Source: an uncultured Solirubrobacterales bacterium
GTDB taxonomy: Bacteria; Actinomycetota; Thermoleophilia; Solirubrobacterales; 70-9
NCBI GenBank assembly: GCA_963842795.1
Contig: CAWJHV010000040.1
Location: 375,633 to 439,632 of the forward strand
Length of the DNA stretch: 64,000 nt
Direction of reading: 5' to 3'
Both the position numbers and the translations under genes were made by a program. Position 1 is the stretch's first letter. Each line of letters opens with the position of its first letter. Of this stretch, positions 37,950-46,566 are shown one piece after another. Below the pieces are notes generated by a model. It made no database searches, was not told the DNA's origin, and saw only the letters and a list, made by a program, of their open reading frames with translations.

Positions 37950-38426
37950 ATGGGACGGATCGCAGACAGACTGTCGGAGCTGGAGCTCGAGCTGCCGAAG
38001 CCGTTCGCGCCTCCGCCGGGGGTGGAGTTCCCGTTCGATCTCGTGCACACGAGCGGCGGCCTGGCCTACATATCCGGCCATCTGCCGGTGGACGGCTCGG
38101 AGGTCCTGATGACCGGCCGGGTCGGCGGCGACCTCGAGGTTGACCAGGGCTACGCGGCCGCGCGCCTGACGGGCCTCTCGATCTTCGCCTCGCTCGAGCA
38201 GGGGCTCGGCGACCTCGACCGGGTGACGAGCTGGGTCAAGGCCCTCGGCCTGGTCCAGTGCGCGCCGGGCTTCGACAAGCCGCCGGCGGTCATCAACGGG
38301 TTCACGGACCTCGTGCTCGAGGTCTGGGGCGATCCGGCCGGCCGTCACGCGCGCTCGGCGATCGGGGCGGCCCAGCTGCCGTTCGACGTCCCGGTCGAGG
38401 TCGAGGCGATCGTCGAGATCTCCTGA
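37950..38426 (+). CDS. RidA/YjgF family protein
   Basis: 158 aa; GGLAYISGHLP...ARSAIGAAQLPFDVPVEVEAIVE. Confidence 0.85.
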   Translation: MGRIADRLSELELELPKPFAPPPGVEFPFDLVHTSGGLAYISGHLPVDGSEVLMTGRVGGDLEVDQGYAAARLTGLSIFASLEQGLGDLDRVTSWVKALGLVQCAPGFDKPPAVINGFTDLVLEVWGDPAGRHARSAIGAAQLPFDVPVEVEAIVEIS

Positions 38427-38902
38427 CGGACCCGCCGAAGGAGTCGGTCTGGGACTATCCCCGGCCGCCGCGGGTCGAGCCGGTGAGACGGCGCGTACGA
38501 GTCGAGCACGCGGGCGAAGTGGTCGCGGACTCCGAGCGGGCGCTGCGGGTGCTGGAGACGGCGAGCCCACCGACGATCTACATCCCCGCCGAGGACGTGC
38601 GCACCGAGCTCCTCGCCGAGGTCCCCGCCAAGCACACCCACTGCGAGTGGAAGGGCCGCGCCCACTACTTCGACCTCGCGGTCGGTGACGCGGGCTCGGC
38701 GGCCGCCGCCTGGCACTACCCCGAACCGCGTGACGCCTTCGCCGAGCTCGGCGGCCATATCGCCTTCTACGCCGGCCGCGTCGACGCGGCGTACCTCGAC
38801 GACGAGCGGGTGCGCCCGCAGGGCGGCACGTTCTACGGCGGCTGGATCACCGGCGAGATCGAGGGCCCGTTCAAGGGAGAGCCCGGCAGCGAGGGCTGGT
38901 AG
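38423..38902 (+). CDS. DUF427 domain protein (apparent CTG start overlapping the ridA-family stop)
   Basis: The conserved N-terminal ESVWDYPRPP block begins 7 codons after the RidA TGA. The only near-canonical initiator upstream is CTG at 38423 (CTGA overlap). Confidence 0.75.
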   Translation: MTDPPKESVWDYPRPPRVEPVRRRVRVEHAGEVVADSERALRVLETASPPTIYIPAEDVRTELLAEVPAKHTHCEWKGRAHYFDLAVGDAGSAAAAWHYPEPRDAFAELGGHIAFYAGRVDAAYLDDERVRPQGGTFYGGWITGEIEGPFKGEPGSEGW

Positions 38903-38933
38903 CGATGGAACTTCGGCGATACTCGGGTGAGGG

Positions 38934-39338
38934 ATGTCTCAAGCGAACGTGGACACGGCGCGGGGCGCGTTGAAGGCGGTCAGTGCAGGCGACTACGCCG
39001 ATGCGGAGCGCTGTTTTCGCGGCGACGTCGAGTGGCACAACACGGCCGCCTTTCCCGGCCCGCGGGTGATCGTCGGCCCGAAGGCGATCGTGGATTTCTG
39101 TCAGGAGCTCCTCTGGTCCTTCGACGCCGACGTCAAGAGGGGGACGATCGAGAAAATCGCGGCCGGTGGCGATCGTGTTGTCATGGGAATGCATTCTCGG
39201 GGCAGTGGCAAGGCCAGCGGGGTGCCCGTGGACGTGATGTGGGCGATCAGCTTCCGGATGCGGGAGGGACAGGTCGAGCGCGTCGACATCTCCGGCAACT
39301 ACGCAGACGCCGTCCACGCAGCCGGGCTGGCGGAATAG
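38934..39338 (+). CDS. SnoaL-like/NTF2-fold (ketosteroid isomerase-like) protein
   Basis: 134 aa; N-terminal ARGALKAVSAGDYADAERCFRGDVEWH pattern and family-typical size. Confidence 0.6.
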   Translation: MSQANVDTARGALKAVSAGDYADAERCFRGDVEWHNTAAFPGPRVIVGPKAIVDFCQELLWSFDADVKRGTIEKIAAGGDRVVMGMHSRGSGKASGVPVDVMWAISFRMREGQVERVDISGNYADAVHAAGLAE

Positions 39339-39351
39339 CTCGGTCGGAGGG

Positions 39352-40146
39352 TCAGGCCGGGCTGGCGACCAGGCCCGGCTCGCGGTGCTTGCGGTACGTC
39401 TCGGCGACCCACCTGTAGCCGGGACGGTCGGAGACCGAGTCGACGAACTCCGCAAAGCCCGCCGGCTGGTTGCTGGGCAGGATCTGCGGGCCCTCGGGCG
39501 GGTTGACGATCGGATAGAGCAGGGCGGCCGCGGTGAGGTCGGCAACGGAGAACCGGTCGCCGGTCAGGTACTCGCCGTCCGAGGATTCGAGCTCGGCCTC
39601 GAGGCGGTCGAGACCGGCGAGCACGTCGCGTCGCGCCGCATCGGCGGCCTCGTCGGCCGCGACCCGGTACCGGACCTGGGTGAAGGCGGTGCCGAAGCCC
39701 CGAGCGACTCCCTCCCACCCCGGGAGCTTTCTCATCGGGCTCGGGACCATTGTCCTCGTCACCTCGCCCATGGCCTCCTGGTCCTTGCGGAGCTCGTGCC
39801 AGCCGAGCAGCCGCACCTGCGGGCCAAGCTCCTCATCGAAGTACTCCTCCAGCGCCAGCGCACGCCGGCGCTCCGCCGGGTCCTCGGGGTACAGCGGGGG
39901 GTCGGGCCAGCGCCGCTCGAGCCCCTCGATGATCGCGGTCGAGTCGCCGATGTTGCGCCCGTCGAGCTGGAGCACGGGAAAGGTGTTCTCTCCGCCGCGG
40001 GTAAGCCACAGGGCGATCGCCATATGCGCCCCGGGCAACGGCGCCCGGCGCTCGTGCTCGACCCCCTTGTAGGCGAGCGCCCACCGCGCCTTCTCGCTGT
40101 AGTGCGAGACGGGGATGTGCCAGAGGATTGGTTTCGATCCGTTCAT
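39352..40146 (-). CDS. Glutathione S-transferase family protein
   Basis: MNGSKPILWHIPVSHYSEKARWALAYKGV (thioredoxin-like N domain) and FPVLQLDG...IGDSTAI. ATGA overlap with the upstream gene. Confidence 0.8.
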   Translation of the reverse strand: MNGSKPILWHIPVSHYSEKARWALAYKGVEHERRAPLPGAHMAIALWLTRGGENTFPVLQLDGRNIGDSTAIIEGLERRWPDPPLYPEDPAERRRALALEEYFDEELGPQVRLLGWHELRKDQEAMGEVTRTMVPSPMRKLPGWEGVARGFGTAFTQVRYRVAADEAADAARRDVLAGLDRLEAELESSDGEYLTGDRFSVADLTAAALLYPIVNPPEGPQILPSNQPAGFAEFVDSVSDRPGYRWVAETYRKHREPGLVASPA

Positions 40147-40868
40147 TCCACCTCGATCTCGGAAAGGCGCAGGGCCACCAGCGTAGGGAATGGCATCGCA
40201 CGGTTGCCCGGCCCCCTCGGGCGCACCCAGCGCCGGGTCGGAAACACCAGCCCACCGGCCTCGACGTGGTCGGCGCACATGTGCGCCGCGCGCGCCCAGC
40301 CGCCGACCACCTCCGCCGTGTAGTCGTGCCGGCGAAGCCGCAAGTCGCGGTCGTAGTAGAAGACCTGGCGCCGGCAGTGGGTGTCCAGCCCCTCCGGGAA
40401 ATGAGCCTCGAGCCGCCGCCGGCTCTCGCCGCCCTCGGTCCAGGGCTCGATCTCCCGCACGCTGACGCCCTCGCGCGCGAGCAGGTACGGCGCGTTCAGG
40501 TAGTTCCACCATGCGTAGCCCGCGAAGTAGGTCGCGTCGAGGTCATCCCAGCGCAGGTTGCGGCGCCGCCCCGAGCGCCCGAAGAATGCGTCGCGCGGCT
40601 GGAGCCGCGATTCGAGCACCTCGCCGTCGACTGTCTCGATCCGCACCTCGCCGTGGTCGAAGACGGAGCGCCTACCCGGCTCGGCGTCGGCGACCGCCGC
40701 GCCCCAGGGCTCGCCGAGGCCGACCTCCAGGATCCCGCCGCCACGCAGCTGCCTGGCCCTCGTCGCCAGCAGGAACCCGCCCGACTGGATCCGGATTCGA
40801 ACCCGGCGCGCGCGCTCCCAGCGATCGCGACCGCCGTGCGCGTCCAGGACCTCTTCGAGCAGGCTCAC
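40143..40868 (-). CDS. Hypothetical protein, 241 aa
   Basis: MSLLEEVLDAHGGRDRWERARRV... with coding-like GC3 and a GTG start. No motif I recognise. Confidence 0.6.
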   Translation of the reverse strand: MSLLEEVLDAHGGRDRWERARRVRIRIQSGGFLLATRARQLRGGGILEVGLGEPWGAAVADAEPGRRSVFDHGEVRIETVDGEVLESRLQPRDAFFGRSGRRRNLRWDDLDATYFAGYAWWNYLNAPYLLAREGVSVREIEPWTEGGESRRRLEAHFPEGLDTHCRRQVFYYDRDLRLRRHDYTAEVVGGWARAAHMCADHVEAGGLVFPTRRWVRPRGPGNRAMPFPTLVALRLSEIEVE

Positions 40869-40871
40869 CCG

Positions 40872-40940
40872 CGGCTTCGCTCCGGCTCACTCAAGGCGCC
40901 TCAACAGCGGCGCGGCTCGGCTTCGCTTTGCTACGCCTCA
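40872..40940 (-). repeat. Intergenic repeat family, copy B (with partial second 5-prime module)
   Basis: Minus strand reads TGAGGCGTAGCAAAGCGAAGCCGAGCCGCGCCGCTGTTGAGGCGCCTTGAGTGAGCCGGAGCGAAGCCGCGG. It begins on the yloV-like TGA and ends 4 nt before the next GTG start. Confidence 0.6.
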
Positions 40941-42578
40941 CTGAGCGGCGATCAGCCACGAGTACTTCGGCGTGCCGCCTCGCCGCAGCTCGAGCTCGGC
41001 GCCGTTCGAGAGCGGCAGCAGCAGATCCTCGACCGCGAGGTCCGGCGGCGCCTCGGCCCCGTCGATCACCGTGATGATCTCGGCGCCGTCGGCGAGCGCG
41101 GCGACGGTCTCGACAAGGGTCGACCCCGCCCCGCCCCAGGCGACGATGTCGTCGCCCGCGAACCCGACCGAATCGCCGCGCACGAAGCGCCCCTCGGCGT
41201 CGTCGCGCGCCGCCGGGGCGACCGCACCCACCCGCACGCCCGCCAGGCCGTCGCGCAGGCGCTCGGCGTTGTCCTCCGCCCCGGCGCCGGGGTCGAACTC
41301 GACCATCGCCGCGAGCCCGGCCTGCTGGAACTCGGCCGGGACGACGATCACGGTCCGGCGCGACTTCGCCGCCAGGCGCGCCGCCTCCTCGGCGGCCATG
41401 ATCACGTTGCGGGAGTTCGGCAGCACGAGGACCTCGTCGGTGGCGCAGGACTCGATCGCCGCGAGCAGGTCCTGGGTCGAGGGGTTGAGCGTCGGCCCGC
41501 CGTCGACGCACAGCGCTCCCAACCCCTCGAACATCGCCTTCATCCCGGCGCCGCTGGTCACGGCGACGACCCCCGTCCGAGCGGGGCCGAGACGGGCGCG
41601 CTGGTCGGCGACCTGCTCGTGCATGTCGGCGACGTCCTCGCGCGCAACCTCGCCGGCGGCGGCGAACAGCGCCATCGCCGCCTCGGGGTCGTCGGTGTGC
41701 ACGTGCACCTTGAGCGTCGCCGAGTCGCCGACCACGAGGACCGAGTCGCCGAGCCGCTCGAGCTGGCCGGCGAAGGCATCGCCGTCGAGGCCCTCGCCGG
41801 TGACGATGAAGTTGGTGCACCAGCGGTACTCGGAGTCGGCGTGGTGGACCTGGTCGAGCCGGGCCGCGGCATAGTGAGGGATCTCCGGCAGCTGGACCAG
41901 CTCACCGGCGAGCCCGGAGACGAGCCCACGGATGATCACCACCAGCCCGAGGGCACCGGCGTCGACGACCCCCGCCTCGGCGAGCACGTCGAGCTGCTCG
42001 GGCGTGTGGCGCACCGCCTCCTCGCCCGCGAACAGCGCTGTCGCCAGCATCTCGGCGAGGAGCGCGTTCTGCTCTGCGTCGGTCGCGTCGGGATCGAGGC
42101 GCTCGCGCACCCATTGGGCGCGCCGCTCGGCGACCGCGTCGGCCATCGCCCGGATCACGGTCAGCATCGTCCCCTCGGCGGGCTCGCGCACCGATGCGTA
42201 GGCGCGATCCGCCGCGTTGGTGAGCGCGGCCTCGATCAGCTCCGGGTCGATTAGCCGCCCGGGCGGCGTCGCCACCTTCTCGGCCGCGCCGCGGACGATC
42301 TGGCTCAGGATCACGCCCGAGTTCCCGCGGGCGCCCATCAGCGCAGCGCGCGCCACCTCGCGCACGATCTCCGGCCGCCGCGCCTCGCCGTTCGCCCGCA
42401 GCTCGAGCTGGTCGAGCTCGTCGAGCACGTGACGCATCGTGAGCGCCATGTTGTCGCCGGTGTCGCCGTCGGCGACCGGGAACACGTTCAGATCGTTGAT
42501 CTCCTCGCGTCGCTCCTCCAGATGGGCGAGCGCAACACCGACCACATGGCGAAAGCGAACGAGGGATGAGTCCGGCAC
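40938..42578 (-). CDS. DAK2 (DhaL) domain fusion protein YloV
   Basis: N-terminal ...EERREEINDLNVFPVADGDTGDNM is the DhaL signature. GTG at 42578 is chosen, and sequence upstream of it in the track ORF is non-coding-like. Confidence 0.85.
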   Translation of the reverse strand: MPDSSLVRFRHVVGVALAHLEERREEINDLNVFPVADGDTGDNMALTMRHVLDELDQLELRANGEARRPEIVREVARAALMGARGNSGVILSQIVRGAAEKVATPPGRLIDPELIEAALTNAADRAYASVREPAEGTMLTVIRAMADAVAERRAQWVRERLDPDATDAEQNALLAEMLATALFAGEEAVRHTPEQLDVLAEAGVVDAGALGLVVIIRGLVSGLAGELVQLPEIPHYAAARLDQVHHADSEYRWCTNFIVTGEGLDGDAFAGQLERLGDSVLVVGDSATLKVHVHTDDPEAAMALFAAAGEVAREDVADMHEQVADQRARLGPARTGVVAVTSGAGMKAMFEGLGALCVDGGPTLNPSTQDLLAAIESCATDEVLVLPNSRNVIMAAEEAARLAAKSRRTVIVVPAEFQQAGLAAMVEFDPGAGAEDNAERLRDGLAGVRVGAVAPAARDDAEGRFVRGDSVGFAGDDIVAWGGAGSTLVETVAALADGAEIITVIDGAEAPPDLAVEDLLLPLSNGAELELRRGGTPKYSWLIAAQ

Positions 42579-42628
42579 GAGCCGGGAGACTACGCGCAGC
42601 GCAGGCCGTCCCGCCGCGCCGGGGGCCG

Positions 42629-42820
42629 TTAGGCGTGTTTTTGGACTTTGTTGCTCTTCAGACAGCGGGTGCAGACGTAGACGCGCCGGGGCCGGCCGGC
42701 GTCGTCGATGCGCACCTTCTGCAGGTTGGGGTCGAAGCGCCGGCGCGTGGCCACCATCGAGTGGCTTCGCGAGTTGCCGAACGCGGGACCCTTGCCGCAG
42801 CTGAAACACACCTTCGCCAT
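42629..42820 (-). CDS. rpmB: 50S ribosomal protein L28
   Basis: MAKVCFSCGKGPAFGNSRSHSMVATRRRFDPNLQKVRI... Confidence 0.95.
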   Translation of the reverse strand: MAKVCFSCGKGPAFGNSRSHSMVATRRRFDPNLQKVRIDDAGRPRRVYVCTRCLKSNKVQKHA

Positions 42821-42847
42821 CGGATCGAGGATGGTAGCGAGCTCTGG

Positions 42848-42899
42848 GAGGCGCAGGCCGAAGGCCGAAGCCGACCCCCGGCGCCGTTGAGCCGGCTTA
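42848..42899 (+). repeat. Intergenic repeat family, copy D (diverged)
   Basis: GAGGCGCAGGCCGAAGGCCGAAGCCGACCCCCGGCGCCGTTGAGCCGGCTTA matches copy A at 28 of 33 positions over the 3-prime part. The 8-bp palindrome AGGCGCCT is replaced by AGCCGGCT. Its 3-prime end overlaps the ribH stop. Confidence 0.5.
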
Positions 42900-43328
42900 T
42901 TCGAGCCCTGACCTGAGCTCGGCCATCCGCAGCACCGCGAGCGCAGCATTGCGGCCCTGGTCGCGCTTGCCGCCGCCGGCGCGGGCCTCGGCCTGTTCGC
43001 GGGTGTCGGCGGTGATCACGCCGAACGAGCACGGCACCCCCGTGCGCAGCGAGACCTCGCCGATCCCGCGCGCGGCCTCGGCGCAGACGAAGTCGTAGTG
43101 GTCGGTCTCGCCGCGGATCACGACCCCGAGGCAGGCGACCCCGTCGAAGCGCCCCGATTCCGCACACCACTTCGCCGCCAGCGGCAGCTCGAAGGCGCCC
43201 GGGACCTCGAACGAGTGCACCGAAGCGGGACTGACGTCGTGCTCGGCGAAGGCCTCGGTGGCGCCGTTGGCGAGCCGTTCGGCGAGCTCCTCGTAGAAGG
43301 TCGCGACGCAGATCGCGTACTCAGCCAC
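42897..43328 (-). CDS. ribH: 6,7-dimethyl-8-ribityllumazine synthase
   Basis: 143 aa; VPGAFELP, GVVIRGETDHYDFV. Confidence 0.95.
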   Translation of the reverse strand: MAEYAICVATFYEELAERLANGATEAFAEHDVSPASVHSFEVPGAFELPLAAKWCAESGRFDGVACLGVVIRGETDHYDFVCAEAARGIGEVSLRTGVPCSFGVITADTREQAEARAGGGKRDQGRNAALAVLRMAELRSGLE

Positions 43329-44625
43329 TGCTCTCCCGCTTCTCGCGCGCGTCGCGGATGTGCTCGTCGTGGAGCAGTTCCGCGTCGAGCGCCAGGCCCT
43401 GGTGGTGGAGCACGTGGCCCATCTTGTCGCGCTTGGCGTTGAGGTAACTCTGGTTGTGGGGGTTGGGCACCGACTGGATCGGGACCTGCTCGCTGACCGA
43501 GAGCCCGTAGCCCTCGAGCCCGTGGATCTTCTTCGGGTTGTTGGTGAGGATGCGGATGCTGGAGAGGCCGAGGTCGACCAGGATCTGGGCGCCGATCCCG
43601 TAGTCGCGCAGGTCAGCCGGGAGCCCGAGCTTCAGGTTGGCATCGACCGTATCCAGGCCCTCCTCCTGGAGCTTGTAAGCGCGGAGCTTGTTCAGCAGGC
43701 CGATTCCACGGCCCTCCTGGGAGAGGTAGAGGAGCACCCCGCAGCCCTGCTGCTCGATCATCGCCATCGCCGCGTCGAGCTGCTCGCCGCAGTCGCAGCG
43801 CAGGGAGTGGAAGACGTCGCCGGTCAGGCACTCCGAGTGCACCCGGACGAGCACGTCCTCGGCGCCGGCGACGTTGCCCTTGACCATCGCCACGTGGTGC
43901 TTGTCGTCGAGCAGGGAGCGGTAGCCGACGGCGGTGAACTCCCCGAAGGCGGTCGGCAACTTCGTCGCCACCACGCGCTCGACCAGGCGCTCGGTGCGGC
44001 GGCGGTAGGCGATCAGGTCGGCGACGGTGATCATCACCAGCCCGTGGCGCTCGCAGTAGGGGACCAGGTCCCCCACCCGGGCCATGGTCCCGTCGTCGTT
44101 CATGATCTCGCAGATCACCCCGGCGGGGTTGAGGCCGGCGAGCTGTGCCAGGTCGACCGACGCCTCGGTCTGGCCGGCGCGCTCGAGCACGCCGCCGTCC
44201 TTGGCCTTCAGCGGGAACACGTGACCGGGCTGGACCAGCGAACGGGGGGTCGAGCGGGCGTCGATCGCGACCTGGATCGTGTGCGCGCGATCGGCGGCCG
44301 AGATCCCGGTGGTGACGCCCTCGCGGGCCTCGACCGAGACCGTGAACGCGGTCTGCAGCGGCGCCTCGTTCTTGGCCGCCATCAGGTTGAGGCCGAGCTC
44401 GTCGCAGCGCTCGGAGGTGAGCGACAGGCAGATCAGCCCGCGCCCCTCCTTGGCCATGAAGTTGATCGCCTCCGGGGTCGCGAACTGCGCGGCGAGGGTC
44501 AGGTCGCCCTCGTTCTCGCGGTTCTCGTCGTCGCAGACTACGACCATCCGCCCGCGGCGGATCTCGTCGATCGCCTGCTCGATCGTGGCGAACGGAGCCT
44601 GGGTCGCGGTCGAATTCTCAGCCAT
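43321..44625 (-). CDS. ribBA: Bifunctional 3,4-dihydroxy-2-butanone-4-phosphate synthase / GTP cyclohydrolase II
   Basis: 434 aa; [11 protein letters not shown] (DHBP synthase) and [20 protein letters not shown] (GCH II zinc site). Confidence 0.95.
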   Translation of the reverse strand: MAENSTATQAPFATIEQAIDEIRRGRMVVVCDDENRENEGDLTLAAQFATPEAINFMAKEGRGLICLSLTSERCDELGLNLMAAKNEAPLQTAFTVSVEAREGVTTGISAADRAHTIQVAIDARSTPRSLVQPGHVFPLKAKDGGVLERAGQTEASVDLAQLAGLNPAGVICEIMNDDGTMARVGDLVPYCERHGLVMITVADLIAYRRRTERLVERVVATKLPTAFGEFTAVGYRSLLDDKHHVAMVKGNVAGAEDVLVRVHSECLTGDVFHSLRCDCGEQLDAAMAMIEQQGCGVLLYLSQEGRGIGLLNKLRAYKLQEEGLDTVDANLKLGLPADLRDYGIGAQILVDLGLSSIRILTNNPKKIHGLEGYGLSVSEQVPIQSVPNPHNQSYLNAKRDKMGHVLHHQGLALDAELLHDEHIRDAREKRESSG

Positions 44626-45217
44626 CGCTCTCCCTGAAGCGTAGAAGGCGCTCGACGTAGCGGGCGACCACGTCGAGCTCCAGATTCACCCGGCCGCCCT
44701 CGGCGACGGAGCCCAGCGTGCTGCGCTCGAGCGTCTCCGGGATCAGGGAGACCTCGAAGCGGTCGCCGTCGAGCTCGGCGACCGTGAGGCTCACCCCGCC
44801 CACCGCGACCGAGCCGTGCTCCACCAGGTAGCGCTCGAGACCGTCGGGGACGCGGACCGAGACCCGGCGCGCGAACCCGTCGTCGGCGAGCGAGACGACC
44901 TCGCCGACGCCGTCGACGTGGCCCTGGACGATGTGCCCGCCGAGCGGCTCGCCGGCGCGCAGCGCCGGCTCGAGGTTCACGCGGTCGCCCCGGTCGAGCT
45001 CGCCCAGGGTGGTCAGGCGAAGGGTCTGGTTCATCACGTCGGCATCGAAACCATCGGCTCGCACGGCGGCGGCCGTGAGGCAGACGCCCTCGACGGCGAC
45101 CGAGTCGCCCTCCCGGAGCCCGCCCGCGAACCCGGCGCCGATCGCGATCCTGGCGCCCTCGTCGCCCGCGTCGATCCCCTCGACGACCCCGATCTCGTGG
45201 ACGATCCCGGTGAACAT
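44618..45217 (-). CDS. ribE: Riboflavin synthase (alpha chain)
   Basis: [10 protein letters not shown]... with duplicated lumazine-binding repeats ([23 protein letters not shown]). Confidence 0.95.
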   Translation of the reverse strand: MFTGIVHEIGVVEGIDAGDEGARIAIGAGFAGGLREGDSVAVEGVCLTAAAVRADGFDADVMNQTLRLTTLGELDRGDRVNLEPALRAGEPLGGHIVQGHVDGVGEVVSLADDGFARRVSVRVPDGLERYLVEHGSVAVGGVSLTVAELDGDRFEVSLIPETLERSTLGSVAEGGRVNLELDVVARYVERLLRFRESDG

Positions 45218-45221
45218 CAGA

Positions 45222-45422
45222 ACATCACCATCTCCTGCGGACGCCGTTGGCGTCCTGACCTGCTGCTTTCGGGGCAAAGCCCCTCATCACCAGAATCTCC
45301 TGCGGACGCCGTTGGCGTCCTGACCTGCTGCTTTCGGGGCAAAGCCCCTCATCACCAGAATCTCCTGCGGACGCCGTTGGCGTCCTGACCTGCTGCTTTC
45401 GGGGCAAAGCCCCTCATCACCA
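45222..45422 (-). repeat. Three tandem 65-bp units between ribD and ribE
   Basis: Units 45231-45295 and 45296-45360 are identical, and 45361-45422 is identical over 62 nt. Each unit has stem-loops GGGGC-ttt-GCCCC and GGACGCC-aac-GGCGTCC, an AGGAGA, and a mini-ORF (45225-45287, 45287-45352, 45352-45417). Confidence 0.9.
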
Positions 45423-46544
45423 TTCCTTCAGCCGGGCGCGGGCGAGCATGTCCGCCCCCGATCGCTCCCAGTCGCAGGCGAGCGGTATGGCCGCGTCGGC
45501 GATCCGCGCCGGTCCCTCTCCGGCCGCCAGCGGCCGTCCGCCGCCGAGCACCAGCGGGGCGACGAACACGCGCAGCTCGTCCGCCTCGCCGGCGTCGAGG
45601 ATCGAGCCCGCGAGCGCGGCTCCGCCCTCGACCAGCAGCGAGGTGATCCCACGCCTTCCGAGCTCGTCCAGCGCCTCGCCCAGGCGCCGGTCGCGGTCGC
45701 CGGCGAGCTCGAGCACCTCGGCTCCGGCCGCGCGCAGCGCCTCGAGCCGCGCGCGCTCGGCGCCGGCGCCGACCAGCAGGTAGAGGGGCGCCTCGGCGAT
45801 CGAGCGCACGAGCGCCGAGCCCAGGGGCAGCCGCGCGGCGGAGTCGAAGATCACGCGCGCAGGCTGGCGCGGCTCGGCGTCCTCGAGGTCGCGGGCGGTG
45901 AGCAGGGGGTCGTCGGCGAGCGCGGTGCCGATCCCGACCGCGACCGCGTCCGAGTCGGCGCGCCAGCGGTGGACGAGCGCGCGGCTCTGCGGACCGGAGA
46001 TCCAGCGCGAGTCGCCGCCCGGTGTCGCGGTGAAGCCGTCCAGGCTGACGGCCGACTTCAGCGTCACCAGCGGGCGCCTGGTGCGAGCGTGCTTGCGAAA
46101 GGCCTGGTTCTGAAGCCTGGCGGCGGCGGCCTCGGCGCCGTCGGCGAAGCTCACCTCGACACCCCCGTCGCGGAGGATCCCGGGACCGCGGCCGGCGGCC
46201 TTCTCGCTCGGGTCGTCGGAGCCGATCACGACCCTGGCGATGCCCGCCGCAAGCAACGCGTCGGTGCACGGCGGCTGGCGCCCCTGGTGGGCGCAGGGCT
46301 CGAGCGAGACGTACATCGTCGCTCCGGCCGGATCGTGTCCTCGCCGCCGGCAGTCCGCGAGCGCTGCGACCTCGGCGTGCATCTCGCCGACCCGGGCATG
46401 ATGGCCCTCGCCGACGACCTCGCCACCGGCGACGATCACCGCTCCGACGAGGGGGTTGGGACTGACCCGTCCGCGGCCTCCCTCGGCGAGCTCGATCGCG
46501 CGTCGAAGCCGGGCCCGATCCTCGTCTGTGGCGACGGAAGTCAT
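45417..46544 (-). CDS. ribD: Bifunctional diaminohydroxyphosphoribosylaminopyrimidine deaminase / 5-amino-6-(5-phosphoribosylamino)uracil reductase
   Basis: 375 aa; deaminase zinc motif HAEV...PCAHQGRQPPC and a C-terminal reductase domain. Confidence 0.95.
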   Translation of the reverse strand: MTSVATDEDRARLRRAIELAEGGRGRVSPNPLVGAVIVAGGEVVGEGHHARVGEMHAEVAALADCRRRGHDPAGATMYVSLEPCAHQGRQPPCTDALLAAGIARVVIGSDDPSEKAAGRGPGILRDGGVEVSFADGAEAAAARLQNQAFRKHARTRRPLVTLKSAVSLDGFTATPGGDSRWISGPQSRALVHRWRADSDAVAVGIGTALADDPLLTARDLEDAEPRQPARVIFDSAARLPLGSALVRSIAEAPLYLLVGAGAERARLEALRAAGAEVLELAGDRDRRLGEALDELGRRGITSLLVEGGAALAGSILDAGEADELRVFVAPLVLGGGRPLAAGEGPARIADAAIPLACDWERSGADMLARARLKEW

Positions 46545-46550
46545 CGTTGA

Positions 46551-46566
46551 TTGACTGGTCAGTCAA
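46551..46566. promoter_or_regulatory. Palindrome TTGACTG-gt-CAGTCAA in the 57-nt ribD/flippase divergent intergenic region
   Basis: 7-bp perfect arms. Each arm presents TTGACT (-35-like) on its own strand. It lies 7 nt upstream of the ribD ATG. Confidence 0.4.

Noticed and set aside
40788-40806. tRNA-like T-arm sequence (minus strand CCGGGTTCGAATCCGGA)
   Set aside because: It lies inside a well-supported CDS (40143-40868, coding RVRIRIQSGG). The stem has a mismatch, and no acceptor, D or anticodon arms can be drawn around it.
45222-45422. Possible CRISPR array, because of identical ~65-bp repeats
   Set aside because: The units are directly contiguous with no unique spacers and there are only three copies. 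No cas genes are present in the window, and the array sits inside an operon on the coding strand. It is a tandem repeat, not a CRISPR array.
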